From Octopus vulgaris (lineage: Eukaryota), in contig OX597823.1 in assembly GCA_951406725.2 (NCBI GenBank), positions 35,526,001 through 35,590,000 of the forward strand: a DNA stretch of 64,000 nucleotides, in the 5' to 3' direction. The notes under the pieces are model-generated. The model had not been told where the DNA came from and searched no databases. It saw only the letters and a list, made by a program, of their open reading frames with translations. This document shows positions 37,305 to 50,600 of the stretch, piece after piece (position 1 is the stretch's first letter; each line of letters starts with the position of its first letter). Both the position numbers and the translations under genes were made by a program.

Positions 37305-39060
37305 AGCTAAATTGGCAAATTTACCATCAAATTCAAGGATGACTTAACAAAAATGGATTTGGACTACCTTGCAAATTTTGAAGTGGAAACAAGTAGTTTT
37401 CATGGGCTTCCTAAAATCCATAAATCCAAACAGGTCAACAACAGCTTAAAAGATTCCCAAACCAACTGATCTCAAATTGTGTCCGATTGTTGCAGGACCA
37501 GCATCCAGCATCCAAATATTAAGGAAGTTGCTGGACATAATTTTAAAACTTTTATGCAGATTAGCTCCCAGTTTCATCGGAGATGACATGGACTTCTTGA
37601 ACTATATCCCAGAACGGGTAAATAAAAAGATAGCACTAGTTAGCTTTGACATAATTAGGCTCTACACAAATATTTCCCATAAATATAGACTAGAAGCAGT
37701 AGAACTCTGGATAAAGAAACATCCGCAAAAAATCCAGGTGAGCTTCTCAAAAGAATTTAAACTTGAAGGTTTACAGATAGTACTGGAAAGCAACTACTTC
37801 TTCTTTGATAATCAATATTATCTACAAACACAAGACACTGCGATGGGGACGAAAGTCGCATTAACGTTTGATACACTAGTAATGGTATAACCAGAAGAAA
37901 AAATCTACACCCTATCCAGAACTACTTTTGACCACCACTTTCAAACCTAGCTTATAGGAAACTGGAAAAGATTCTTAGATGACTGCTTTATATTCTGGAA
38001 CCGAAGTAAGAAAGACCTTAGAACATTTCTTAAATTAATAAATAGCATTCATATCTAAATCTAATTCACAATAGAAATGAATGAAAACGAACTCCCCATT
38101 CTGGACATCCTTATAATTAAAGAAAATGAGATAGTTACAAGGGACCTCTACTACAAGAACACACGCACAAACAGACACACACACACACACACAGAGACAC
38201 ATACACAGACACACACGAGCACACAAAAAGGAACATACCATTTAATTTGGCAAGGCGCATATGCTCAATAGTCATAGATATAGTTGGACGAGAGAAACGA
38301 CTAGCAGAACTTAATATATTCCTTCAGAAACAAAAATATCCCAAGTTAATTCAACATGCCATAGCAAAGGAAATCCCAATCTCTACCTTACTCAAGCTAG
38401 GTGTGAAAATAAAAATACAAATACAAATACTCCGTTTGTAGTCACCAACATCCTTCACTCAGACGATACTTCCCAATTCCACGTCAATCACCACATCTTC
38501 AACAAATAACTAAAAATCACAAATTATCAATAGTCGATGACAACCACCTAACCTCAAGAGACTCCTAAAAAAAGGCGAGATTCGCATTTGAAAAAGAAAC
38601 GATTCAAGTAACCAACTGTGGTTACTTGAACGATTCAAGTAACCCCGTTGTGAAGTTACTTGAACGATTCAAGTAACCCCGTTGTGAAGTAATTGAACAA
38701 GGGACAACCAAAGTACGCAAGAATGGGAAGAAAATAAAAGTAAATCAAGCATGAATTGAAAAATAAAAAATCTCATCTACTGCATCATACGCCCACAATG
38801 CAATGAAACTACATTGGGGAGACACGAAAGAAACTGACCAGCCGTGTATATGTGCATAAACAACAAATTATGGATTCGTCTCTTAGGAATGTTCCATGCA
38901 GTGAACATCTAGATATCCGTGCAAATGGAAAATTTAAAATATTTCCACTTTACAAAATAAACGATGAAAATGTTCAACTACGAATGGCAAAAGAAGAATA
39001 CTTTATCAGAATTCTAGATCCGAAAATAGCCAACACTCCATATAATTATCAATGGTAAAA
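37305..39060 (+). mobile_element. Decayed Penelope-like element (RT + GIY-YIG), 5'-truncated, starting in (TA)n
   Basis: FHGLPKIHKS, PIVAGP, VSFDIIRLYTNI, TAMGTKVA, WKRFLDDCF, FTIEMNENELPILDILI, NLIYCII.PQCNE..IGET and EEYFIR. Many stops. Confidence 0.92.
38598..38697. repeat. Short tandem array (34-bp period) whose units contain a perfect 10-bp hairpin
   Basis: gttacttgaa-cga-ttcaagtaac at 38621-38643 and 38655-38677, with partial units on each side. Confidence 0.9.
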
Positions 39061-39995
39061 GAATATTTATGACTAAAACCGTAAGACCGAAAATAAGCCA
39101 GAAATAATAATATCCTTACCACAAATATAATTTCCTCATTAGGAGCACGTGTGTTTGAAAAGGTTTAACGAAAGCGCTCACACACTAGAAAAAACTTCTT
39201 TCCAAAAAAGGTTAGTAACATCCTCATAACAGATTTCATAACATTTTGTTTTAAATAATTTTCTTTTAAATAATTTTCTTTTAAAAATTACCTTTGCACT
39301 TCAAAAACGTGTTAATCCTCATAGACTTCATATATATGTATATAACACTGTAAATGAAAATGCACAAAATGCACAGAAGGTCACCAACTTCGCATAAGTT
39401 ATCGGCCAGCGGGTCAAACGCAATTTCGTGCCTTTCGATAATATTGGTTCCCTTCTGGTGGCGCCAGCAACACGAAGAAGCTGCCGGTAAATGGGACCAA
39501 ACAGACAAAACGTGAACTAACAAACGAGAAATGAATAAACATGCAATACAGAAGCGGACATCCGAACATGATTAAATGTGATTCAAGACGAAACTATTAG
39601 TGGACTGGCGAAGTACAAAGACGAAATCAATAAACAGAACACGGCCTCAAGGCCAGACAGAGACTGAAGTATGGAAAATGCTAAAAGGAAAATTCTAAAG
39701 GATTAGAGACAGAAGGACAATAGATAGCGAAACAGGTTGAAGTGGGAGAATAGAGAAAATACGACTAGTTGCTTCAGTAGTCGGGTTGAAAAAGAGAGCC
39801 GAAAGCGAGAAAAAAGGATGACCACGGGTCACGTGTCAGTAGTAGGAGAGAAAAGTGGTAGAAGGCAGAGAGGTAAAAGGAAAAAGAGAGAGAGATAGAA
39901 TGAGACAGTGAGAGGAAGAGACAGAAAGAGAAACGAAGAGGCGCGATAGTAATAGACGTCGTACGAATACATATACGTACATGTGTATGTATGTA

Positions 39996-40134
<139 letters not shown>

Positions 40135-40253
40135 ACTTGGAGAAGAGAAATAACGCGTGCATTCGGTCATATAGTAATATAATAAATAAATAAAATATAT
40201 GCATATATACATACATATATGTACATACTTACATCTACATGTATATATACATG

Positions 40254-40303
<50 letters not shown>

Positions 40304-40308
<5 letters not shown>

Positions 40309-40767
40309 TACAGGACACCACAGATAAACGTAGAACACAATGAGAGACGAGAACATAAAATCAAACAAGGAAACGGACTTTTTTTAAACATCGAAAAAAC
40401 AGGGTACAGGACAAACAATACAAGGAAAATTCCCCTTCATCAGCTGTCCCTAGTTCGACTCAAAGTGTGTTTCGAAGGTAAGGACAGAACACAGTCGAAG
40501 CAGTCCTTCAAAATTCTTTTGCAGGGGGGTCCCTGTGCAAAATAATTTTATTTAATTCCTTTTGCAGGAAGGACTGCTTCGACTGTGTTCTGTCCTTACC
40601 TTCGAAACACACTTTGAGTCGAACCAGCGACAGCTGATTAAGGGGAATTTTCCTTGTATTGTTTGTCCTGTACTCTGTTTTTCGTTGTTTAAAAAAAGTC
40701 CGTTTCCTTGTTTGATTTTATGTTCTCGTCTCTCATTGTGTTCTACGTTTATTTGTGGTGTCCTGTA

Positions 40768-40772
<5 letters not shown>
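40304..40772. mobile_element. Fold-back element (about 205-bp inverted arms) inserted in (TA)n
   Basis: 40304-40509 is a high-identity reverse complement of 40568-40772. Both outer ends abut (TA)n. Related to the 42405-43240 element (gtacaggaca, gaga.acgagaacataaaa, ttcccttcatcag). Confidence 0.85.
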
Positions 40773-40816
<44 letters not shown>

Positions 40817-40820
<4 letters not shown>

Positions 40821-41127
40821 CAACACCAACGCTAGAAGAAATACGACCATCTTTGGTTTCAAGACGAATGGTATTCATCCATCATGATAATGCTCGACCA
40901 TATACCGCGAGGATTACATTCTAATGGCTGGAGCAGTTTGAATGGGAAACGATGCCCCACCCACCATATTTGCCGGACCTTACCCCATCGGATTATCATT
41001 TATTCTGCAGTCTTCAAAATTATTTGGACAGAAAAAATATGAATTCTGTAGATGAGGTTAGAACATTAATGGAAGAGTATTTTTCGTCAAGGATAAGTGA
41101 ATTTTGGAAGAGGGATCTTGCAAGTAT
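40817..41127 (+). mobile_element. Mariner transposase C-terminal fragment
   Basis: FIHHDNARPY...WETMPHPPYLPDLTPSDYHLFCSLQN with an in-frame stop. Confidence 0.9.
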
Positions 41128-42152
41128 GTCTGTGCATCACTCTCTCGTGGTATGTTTAAAGCAATAAACTTACCTCACCCCATTTTATCAAAGTTTCCAG
41201 CTTCATCTTTGAGAACTGGATTGGTTTTGGCTTCTTTTTCTATTGTATTTGGCTTATGTTTATACAAGCTTTAAACCGTTAGTGCGTTTCAGTTCTCTGT
41301 CACCGAATTCGCATTTGTGATATGTGTATGTTGTATGTTAATTGTATCCTTGTTTTATGATATTTAATCAATTGTCTAAGTCCATAGAAATAAAGCAAAC
41401 ACTATCAATGGATATCCGAATAGATCAGTAAATCAAACTGTTATTAGATAACACCCCTACTAAAAATACGTTACACGCAGTGTATTATACGAATCAGTTG
41501 TCTTTCAGCTATAGAACAGACGAAAGCGTAATGAAAAGTCTCTTGAGACGAAATACAATATACATCATGTTGAACTGTAAGTTGACACGAATAATAAATT
41601 ACGAAAACAATAAAATCAAAGACTTCCTTATTAATACACACCACAAGCATATACATCTTATAACAAGCTAAAAATGACTGATGAAATGTGCTTTTCGTTT
41701 TTTTTTTCTTTTTAAACAGATATTTATATATGAATTTATGTTGCAAAGGAAAGTTGTAAATTTCACGGTTACATTGACAGTACGACACACTCACGTAAGC
41801 TCACCTTATATTTAAAAACAAAGAGCGATCGCAACATACTATACCGCACGCCATAAAGCGATGATAATTATATAAAGCAAAGATATATGCATTTCAGAAT
41901 TCCCCAAAGAAATAAACGGTAGTTTATAGAAGCAACATTTAGCACACAGGTAAGAATCCCATGATGAATAACTCTAAAGAGTCCTCACTCTTTAAAACTG
42001 GTGTGGAAAAAAGTCACAGCCACGCCGCATACTGAAAAGGAGGCTCAGATAACATGAACACTTTGATAGGTATGTGTTTGAGGACTTTATTAATGAAGTA
42101 GATAGATAGATAGATAGATATATAGATATATAGATAGATAGATGGATGGATG

Positions 42153-42228
<76 letters not shown>

Positions 42229-42404
42229 CAGAAATAATTAAAACTGTTCTGTTAGCATGATTCTGCCTTTGAGATTTAATTATTTCTGTATATTTCAATA
42301 TATTTCAACGCTTCTAAAGCAAACTTTGTTTATTTTCATCGTAATTTGAATATATATATATATATATATATATAACTTACTTGGAAATGGATGCGTGGCG
42401 TTCG

Positions 42405-43235
42405 ATCATATAATAATATAAATAATATATAAATATATGCATATATATACATACATATATGTACATTTGAGTCTGTGACGCCCTTCGGTTGCGACACTAA
42501 TCATGGGATTGCACCTAGAAAGTTACCCTCCCAGGGACAAGTCCGGGCAAGATTGTTTGTGGAAGACCAGCAGTCGCCCATGCATACTAGACTTATATCT
42601 CCACGCCACCAGTGTTATTCAAGGGAAAGGCCGATACAGCTTGCCACCTGTGACGTCGCAACTCATTTCTAAAGCTGAGTGAACTGGAGCAACGTGAAAT
42701 AAAGTATCTTGCTCAAGAACACAACACGCAGCCCGGGTCCGGGATTCGAGCTCACATCCTCACGATCTAACCACTCGACGTTCTAACCACTGAGCCATGC
42801 GCCTATATATGTACATACCTACATATATATGTATATATACATGCGTATATGGGTACAGGACATCAAAAACACATAGGCAAAATGAGAAACGAGAACATAA
42901 AAAACAAAAACATAGGAAACCAACTTTTTTCGAACAACGAAAGAAACAAACTAAAAGAGAAACGAGACGGGCAACATAAAGAACATTCCCTTCATCAGTC
43001 GTCCCCTGTTTTATCTACTCCGCGTGCTGCCAGTCTCGTTTCTCTGTTTGTTTCTTTTGCTGTTCGGAAAAAAGTTCGTTTCTATGTTTTTGTTTTTTTT
43101 ATGTCTCGTTTCTCATTTTGCCTACGTTGTTTTTTGATGTCCTGTATCCATATATGCATGTATATATACACATATATGTAGGTATGTACATATATGTATG
43201 TATATATGCATATGTTTATATATTATTTATATTAT

Positions 43236-43240
<5 letters not shown>
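42405..43240. mobile_element. Fold-back element in (TA)n with the left arm interrupted by a SINE
   Basis: 42405-42466 plus 42805-42968 are inverted relative to 43033-43240. The spacer contains tcatcag (CTGATGA on minus). Confidence 0.82.
42467..42804 (-). mobile_element. SINE family B with 12-bp TSD
   Basis: Homologous to 13972-14316. TSD atatatgtacat at 42455-42466 and 42805-42816. Confidence 0.92.
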
Positions 43241-43282
<42 letters not shown>

Positions 43283-43350
43283 TCTAGCGTACCTAACCGT
43301 TTAGAACACTTGTGAACTAACCCCCCCCTACTTTGTATATATATATATAT

Positions 43351-43402
<52 letters not shown>

Positions 43403-43403
<1 letters not shown>

Positions 43404-43598
43404 AATTATAATAAGGTGTTAAATGATTACAACACCAGTCTGCTGGAAATAGACCCCAAATGTCTATGAACTACTTAGATTATTACTCCGCTACACAACA
43501 TTGTGTTATGGAGTAATAATCTAAGTGGTGTATTGACAATTTGGGGTCTATTTCTTGCAGACTGGTGTTGTAATCATTCAACACCTTTATTATAATTT
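43403..43598. repeat. About 88-bp-arm inverted repeat between (TA)n tracts
   Basis: 43403-43489 pairs with 43510-43598 (tgattacaacaccagtctgc / gcagactggtgttgtaatca; cttagattattactcc / ggagtaataatctaag). Confidence 0.9.
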
Positions 43599-43699
43599 TA
43601 ATATAAATTAACCATTATGGTACTTTTAGTTTGCTGGCCACTGATAAATCATTAAATAATTACTTTATCCTAATTACGTATATATATATGTGTGTTAAT

Positions 43700-43761
<62 letters not shown>

Positions 43762-43762
<1 letters not shown>

Positions 43763-44120
43763 TTTTAATCTTTTACTTGTTTCAATCATTTGACTGCGGC
43801 CGTGCTGGAGTACCGCCTTTAGTCGAAGAAATCGACCCCAGGACTTATTTCTTTTAAAGCCTGGGACTTACCCTACCGGTCTCTTTTGCCGAACCACTTA
43901 GCTACGGGGAGGTAAACACACCAACACTGGTTGTCAAGCGATGGTGGTGGGGCAATCACGCGCGCGCCCACACTCACACATATACGATGGGCTTCTTTTA
44001 GTTTCCGTCGATCAAATCCACTCACAAGGCTTTGGTCGGCCCGAGGCTATAGTAGAAGACACTTTCCCAAGGTCCCACGCAATGGGAATGAACACGGGAC
44101 CAAGTTGTTGGTAAGCAAGT
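43762..44120 (-). mobile_element. SINE family A copy
   Basis: Reverse complement of the family A body. Confidence 0.88.
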
Positions 44121-44399
44121 TATATATTAATGTACAGTTCTTCAAATTATATTTCCTATGACGATCGCACTGATGAATTGTATTTATGTATGTAAATATG
44201 TAAATGGTAACAATAAAATCTGGTATGTGACTAATCATTATATCTTGTATTTTTTCATTTGTCTTGCACGCTTATGTTCTGGCGCTTGCCGAATTTTCTT
44301 GAGAACAATATTTTCTTAGTGGCCAGACTATATGGGGTCAACATTTAGCATATTCTAACTAGAAGCAGAAATCGTTCTTCTGCAAACTCGAAAAATACG

Positions 44400-46270
44400 A
44401 GACGAAGAGAAAGTAAAAAAATATTAATGCAGTTATGTTTGCTGGAATTGCCGAGCGGAGCGACATGAAAAACTGCAAAAACTATGAAAAGAAGACACAA
44501 AGCGGGAAGAAGAAAACTCCATAAAAATGTGGGAAAACAAGAGTGGTTCACTAACTATGAAGAAACTATGGAGAAAAATCCATTATGAAAACGAAACAAC
44601 TACAAAAAGTACTAGGAAATCGAAAAAAATATAGACACCAACCCCAGAGGAACCGGACTATGGTAGCGAACCTCTAATTACCCAAAACATACGGTGAAAG
44701 GAAGTCCATCTCACTCCAAGTACAGACTAGAAACCCATATTCCACTATATATAACACTGCAAATAACCAACACATGAAATATAGAAGACAACGATCAACC
44801 CATCATTTCAAACGCAAAGAAAAAAATGACATGAAAGACAAATAACATACAGACAACCACCAACTCGTAATAACATAGACCCTAGATGGATGAATACATG
44901 GGAAGAAAGACAGATAATATACGGACAGCACAGGTACTATAATAGAAATAATAATCATGAAAACTCAAGCAATCCACGATTTACGACCAAATATCCCATA
45001 TATCCTGAATGGCGAAAAAAGCAGGGAAGATGGGAAGATGGGAAGAAAAAACGCCGAAATCTGAAAATGGAGACACGATAGCACAATTCCTTTTTTTAGG
45101 GAGAAAATACCAAAATCACGCACCGAACCCGTTGAAACACAAAATTTAAATGAACACACAGAACATATAGTCCCGCAGATCATAAATTTGTCAAAGAGAA
45201 ATCTCAACAATAATGAGATGAACCTCCTATTAAAGGGTTTCAAGTTTACCCCGATACTCACCCCTTATCTCATTGAACTGAAATCTGATATTGAACACTT
45301 CAACCGCCGCCTCCGATTTATAGAATTCTTCAGCAGTAAGGAATTAAATGATGAATCAATAGTCAGAAATAAACTCCACTTCATCCCCTACAAGAGAAAG
45401 TACAAATATTTAGACGCGTATATAGAAACAATTTTAAAAATTCCTCTAAATTCCCACAGACACAAACAAAACCTTTGTGAAGAAGAAAAGGAAGCCTTAC
45501 AAACACTGAAGAATGACAACCCAATAAGGGAAGGGCGATAGTAAGTATGGACAAGGACTATCATAAAGATATAATATTGGAAATGTTAACAAACCAAACC
45601 TACTACAAGGAAGAACCATGACACCAGAAAAAACAATGCACCAACACAACAACTAAGTCATTTTTTAGATATACTCCTGAAACCTTTATGCCTTTTAATA
45701 CCCAGTAATGTACGGGATGACATGGATTTTATCCAACACATCCCTTCCACTGTCGCTGAAGGTACTATACTTACAAGTTTTGATGTCACTAATACTAATA
45801 CTAATATACCTCACATGTTAGGCCTAAAAGCAATCAAACACTGGGTAGAGAAACACAGAGGACGGATAAATGAGCGCTTCAAGACTGACTTCATCACCAA
45901 GGCCATACGCCTAGTACTAAAAGAAAATACCTTTAGATTCGACAATAAAACATATCGACAGTTAAATGACACGGCTATGAGTACGCTGTTTGCGCCTTCA
46001 CATGCAAACTTAGTTATAGAATACTCGGAAGAAAAACTTTGAGAATGTAGGAAACTTTTGATCAGAAGTACAAGAAATATATCCTTAAAAAGTGGAAACG
46101 CTTCCTTGATGATTGCTTCATCTTCTGGGATAGATCAATGAAGGTCTAAGTGTATTTAACAATACTGAACATACTAAACCCATCCATTAAATTCCCTCTG
46201 CCAATGTGCAAGAATCCACAGGCAACATATCCGACAAGAGGAATGACGCAAGATTCCATTAAGTAAACAT
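44400..46270 (+). mobile_element. Decayed Penelope-like element (N-terminal region and RT, internal deletions)
   Basis: IINLSKRNLNNNEMNLLLKGFKFTP, FNRRLRFIEFF, EEKEALQTLKND, TSFDVT..TNIPH.LGLKAI, TAMSTLFAPSHANL and WKRFLDDCF. Related to the 37305 element. Confidence 0.88.
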
Positions 46271-46374
46271 CTCGAAATATGCAGCGACGGAAAATTCAAA
46301 TTTTTTTCCTTTTACAAATGTGCACGGGACGATCCGCAATACCGAAAAGCAATGGAACTACATTTCTACACAAA

Positions 46375-46798
46375 ATTCTCTCTAAAATTGAATGTTTAAA
46401 AGAAAAGCGGAAACAGTACATTTTGTACTCTAAATATAACTCAAATATCGGAAACATAATGCGCATCTCTGTAAATATTCAGATGTAAATGTGTAGCATT
46501 GAGATGTTCTGAGCTTTGCGTATTTTTCTAAATTGTAAGTATTGTACTGATGTTCTCTGAAGCAAAAACATGAAAGTGAAAGTGGCGTGATTGAAGTTAC
46601 ACAGTAAAGACATGGACATATCCCCACCACACACACACACACACACACACATCATCAAGTGATTCTCTATAAAATTGAATGTTTGAAGGTAAAGCGAAGA
46701 ATTACATTTTTTATTCCAAATGTGACTCATCTCTACAAATGTTCAGGTGTGTATATGTGTAGCATTGAGATGTTCTAGCTTTACGTATATATATATAT

Positions 46799-46870
<72 letters not shown>

Positions 46871-47040
46871 GTACATAATTTTATTTTATTTCTTTCTTTA
46901 TTTTTTTAAAAATTCTGTATTTGTAAATATTATACTAATGTTTTTATGCAGAACTACATTTCATCAAAGAGTTCTCTCCTAAATTGAACGTTTGAAAGAA
47001 AAGGGGACACAGTACATTTTGTATTCTAAATATAACTCAG
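46375..47040 (+). repeat. Three diverged local copies of a 70-130 bp unit
   Basis: ttctct.taaaattgaa.gttt.aa..aaag.g...cattt.gta.tc.aaat.t.actca at about 46375, 46662 and 46971. atgtgtagcattgagatgttct occurs in the first two. Confidence 0.85.
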
Positions 47041-47147
47041 AGGAGAAAAAGAAAGCAAGAGGAAAAATAAAGGAAAGAGGAAGCAAAAAGACTTTCAGTG
47101 ATGACCACACCGCACCTGTTTTTTAATTGTTTTTTTTCTTTTTGCAG

Positions 47148-47181
47148 AGCTCACCATCCTTAAACCCATTCCAATACAATG
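47148..47181 (+). other. Candidate 34-nt internal micro-exon
   Basis: Strong acceptor tttttttctttttgcAG, open in two frames (SSPSLNPFQYN or LTILKPIPIQ), donor G|gtaaat. Confidence 0.3.
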
Positions 47182-47257
47182 GTAAATTACTAAATAAATA
47201 AATGAATGGTAAATAGGAAGGGGGATCTTTCTCCCTCTCTCTGTCTTTCTGTCTGCC

Positions 47258-47365
<108 letters not shown>

Positions 47366-47578
47366 AGCCTATCTATCTACCTATATTTCTATCTATCCAT
47401 CTTCATTGTCAATGGAACTTCATTCAAACAAACAAAAACAACGTTCTCTTCGAAACAAAAAAAAACCCCACAAAACATGTTTTATATGAATGAACAAGCT
47501 GTTCGAGAAACGAACGAAAGCGATAATAACAACGAAGAAATAAACAAATTTTTTCCAAACTTCTGATGACTTTTTCTC

Positions 47579-47637
<59 letters not shown>

Positions 47638-50600
47638 GCACGCACACTCCTACACTGCGCGCATGCGTGACGATAAAACACTGTTTAATGTCATGTTGTT
47701 TATCTTCAAACTTCAAACCAAACATCACTGCTACAAAAATCTTCGTAGACTTAACAAAATCCTCTGCCACGAAGTTCATATACAAAATAAATAAATAAAT
47801 AAATAAACTGAATGACAAAAATATAAATGTTATTTCGAACACGTATCAAGAATGTTTAAAGAAATACATTGATCGATAATTCATAGTGCAATTCCACCGA
47901 TCTGTAGATCAAAGAGGCGCAAATATTGGCAAAATATAACATGTTAATGGCCATGCAGTTAAATTTGATCAAGAATCTCTACAAGGTGTTCAACAAATGC
48001 TACCAATTAATGTTCTTGCATTAAAGTACATTCAACTTGTCGACTTCTTGAAATTATCAGCCTGGCTGACTATTCGCATATTCAACAGTGACTTCTAGAC
48101 TAAGGCATCAATGTATACTGCCACTTCAACAATACGCACAAACTGCATGAAATACGAGTTATCGATCAGCTAGAAAGAGCAGCCAAAGTTACCTAAAATC
48201 GAAGTATACTCTCGTAACGCAAATGATTCTTTGATAGAGTAGTCCCGATGTAATTCCATCTGAAACAACGTCTAAATACATAAATCTCGACAGAGACAGG
48301 GGAGATCTGAGCTAAACAACATCACGCACCATCTACTGTTGCGTGGATAGATATGAAAAAGTTCGTCAGAACTTTTAAAGCAGTATGGAACTGGATGGTA
48401 GTGTTACCTTGGCAGTCACTCCACAGTAGAATGGTACATTTCAAACAATCGCTTTTCAAACTTGAGAATTTCAGAAAAAGCAATCTTGTTGCAACGACAT
48501 CATCAGCAGTGTGTCAGCTCCCACAATATCAATCTGTAATAGGAAAACTGTTTTCGTTCGAAATGTCTCATTTCTAATGTAACTAACTGTATTTTCTTCA
48601 CAATCTTTCTTCTTGATATGATCTCTATAATCACTCACACTGCTCTCTAAAACAATATTACCTGTACCACTTCACTCAATTTTAGATGTTATACATTTAC
48701 AATCTGAAAACGATACACCTGGTAAACTCTTAAGTCTAAAAAACAAAATAAATCATCTCAATTTTTGTTGTTCGTTTATGGAAACAAGTATATTAAGAGC
48801 ATTCTTCTTCAATTTAGTGAATCTACATCTCTGTCCTTACTTCTTTAACCATTTCTTACTTTGTCTCATTTCTTTTCCTTTTTATTCTTCCTTTATTTAC
48901 GTTTCAATTTAACCTCTTACTAAATTCCAATCCGTTTAACTGCAATATATAAAAAAGAAAGAAAGCTAACTGCTATAGGAAGTGAACACATTGTACAACT
49001 GTTTAATGTGTTGTATACAAATCCTGCTCTGAAAGAAGCCTGCAATCGACAGGCATTTATGGTCAGTAGCGGAGATATTTAAGAAAAAATTAAACGTGAT
49101 CATTGGAAAGAATTCATAATGAAAGACTCTGCACAAATTTAGCTTTGTGAACTCTCACTCTCTTCTTAGTAATTCATTTCTACCTATTTGTGTCTGTTGA
49201 CTGAATCAAATAAATGAGAAAGGAATGATGCAGAAGATAAAGAATAATGAGTGATGACCAGATGGATATACAAATGTAGAAATTTGCGTCCAATCTCTGA
49301 ACAAGATACTCAATCTTAGAATAGAGAACAAAACACTCATCTTTGAAAGTTAATTTACATTAGTGTATGATCCTAATTTCTGACTTTCAGCGAGAAACGT
49401 GTCTTTGTTTCATTCAATTTATCGAATCGGATAACATTTACAAAAGTTATAGGCTAGATTCCCTATACTCATTACATCTTATAATATTTCACTTCCACTA
49501 CTATTATCAGTGTTATATTAATCATTCTAACTACTATGATATAGTTCTTTGTCTAGTAAACAATAACAGCTACAACTTTGAATGCTAATTTAGTGTTCAA
49601 GTGGAAACTAGATATTGCCTCCGCTTAATTTTACCTTGATAGAAATAGATGTAGATGATCCATTATGTATCTTAAAAGAAACTATATTAAGACATATAAT
49701 CCATTGACTCTTTAGTATATATGACTGGTAAAATGACGTACCTTAGATTTGATCTTTCCACATCACTAATTTTCTAAACAAAAATGTTTATAACCGCGAT
49801 AAAAGTTGTTGGCGGTCTGAGCCTATCGTACAGAGGCATATTCTTTGTCTAATATTGTTGAGGTTCATCACTAAAATTATATAATGTAATCTCTGAGCAA
49901 TTTGTCTGGCGTCACCTCAACGCTGTTTTATTTCGCGTAGTCAGAGTAAGAATGATATCACACTTGAGACCCTCTGAAGTTTTTGGGTCTTTCGAGACTG
50001 GAGGGAGAAGGGAGGAAGGCATTTATTCTCGTAGTGCATACCTAGCTTCAATGTCTGCAACTCTGCTGAAGATACCATAGGACCAGTGGGGCTGTCTAAT
50101 TAAGATTACTACCCAATATTAACCACTAAACCTACCTAATTTACATTTTCATAGCAGAGATTTAATTCATCTCCGAGTAACTGTGAACCCCTCACACTTT
50201 CTTTCAAGGTTGCCCGTGATTAGATTTGTGTTTATATGTAATACAGTTTCTTTTGGTAGGAAACAAGTACCTGGAAATATGATTGCTGGGATTTTCCATA
50301 GATAATATTTGGCACTCTGTTGTATTTGATTTGGTTTGCAGAAATCTGCCCTGAGAATATTTTCTCCTTCGGTAACTTTGCTGGGAATGTTTACTGTTAA
50401 TTAAACTGGAAGCTTTAAAAGCCTATCCAAGCAAAAGTTAATCTAATCAATTCCCCAACTTAAAACCATCCCTTAATGTGGTATACAAATACGTACGTGT
50501 TTGCACATATATGGCATTGCACATCCCATGTGTGTTTGTGCATCTTTTAGTTTTCACGTCACAATATGGCTATAAAGTCTTTAAGTATAAAACGGTGTAC

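Noticed and set aside
38598-38697. CRISPR-like palindromic repeats
   Set aside because: Only 2-3 units, near-identical 11-nt spacers, no cas genes, eukaryotic TE context.
39280-39980. Purine-rich segment after the 37.3 kb PLE as another terminal repeat with a ribozyme
   Set aside because: No hammerhead core or second copy found in the window.
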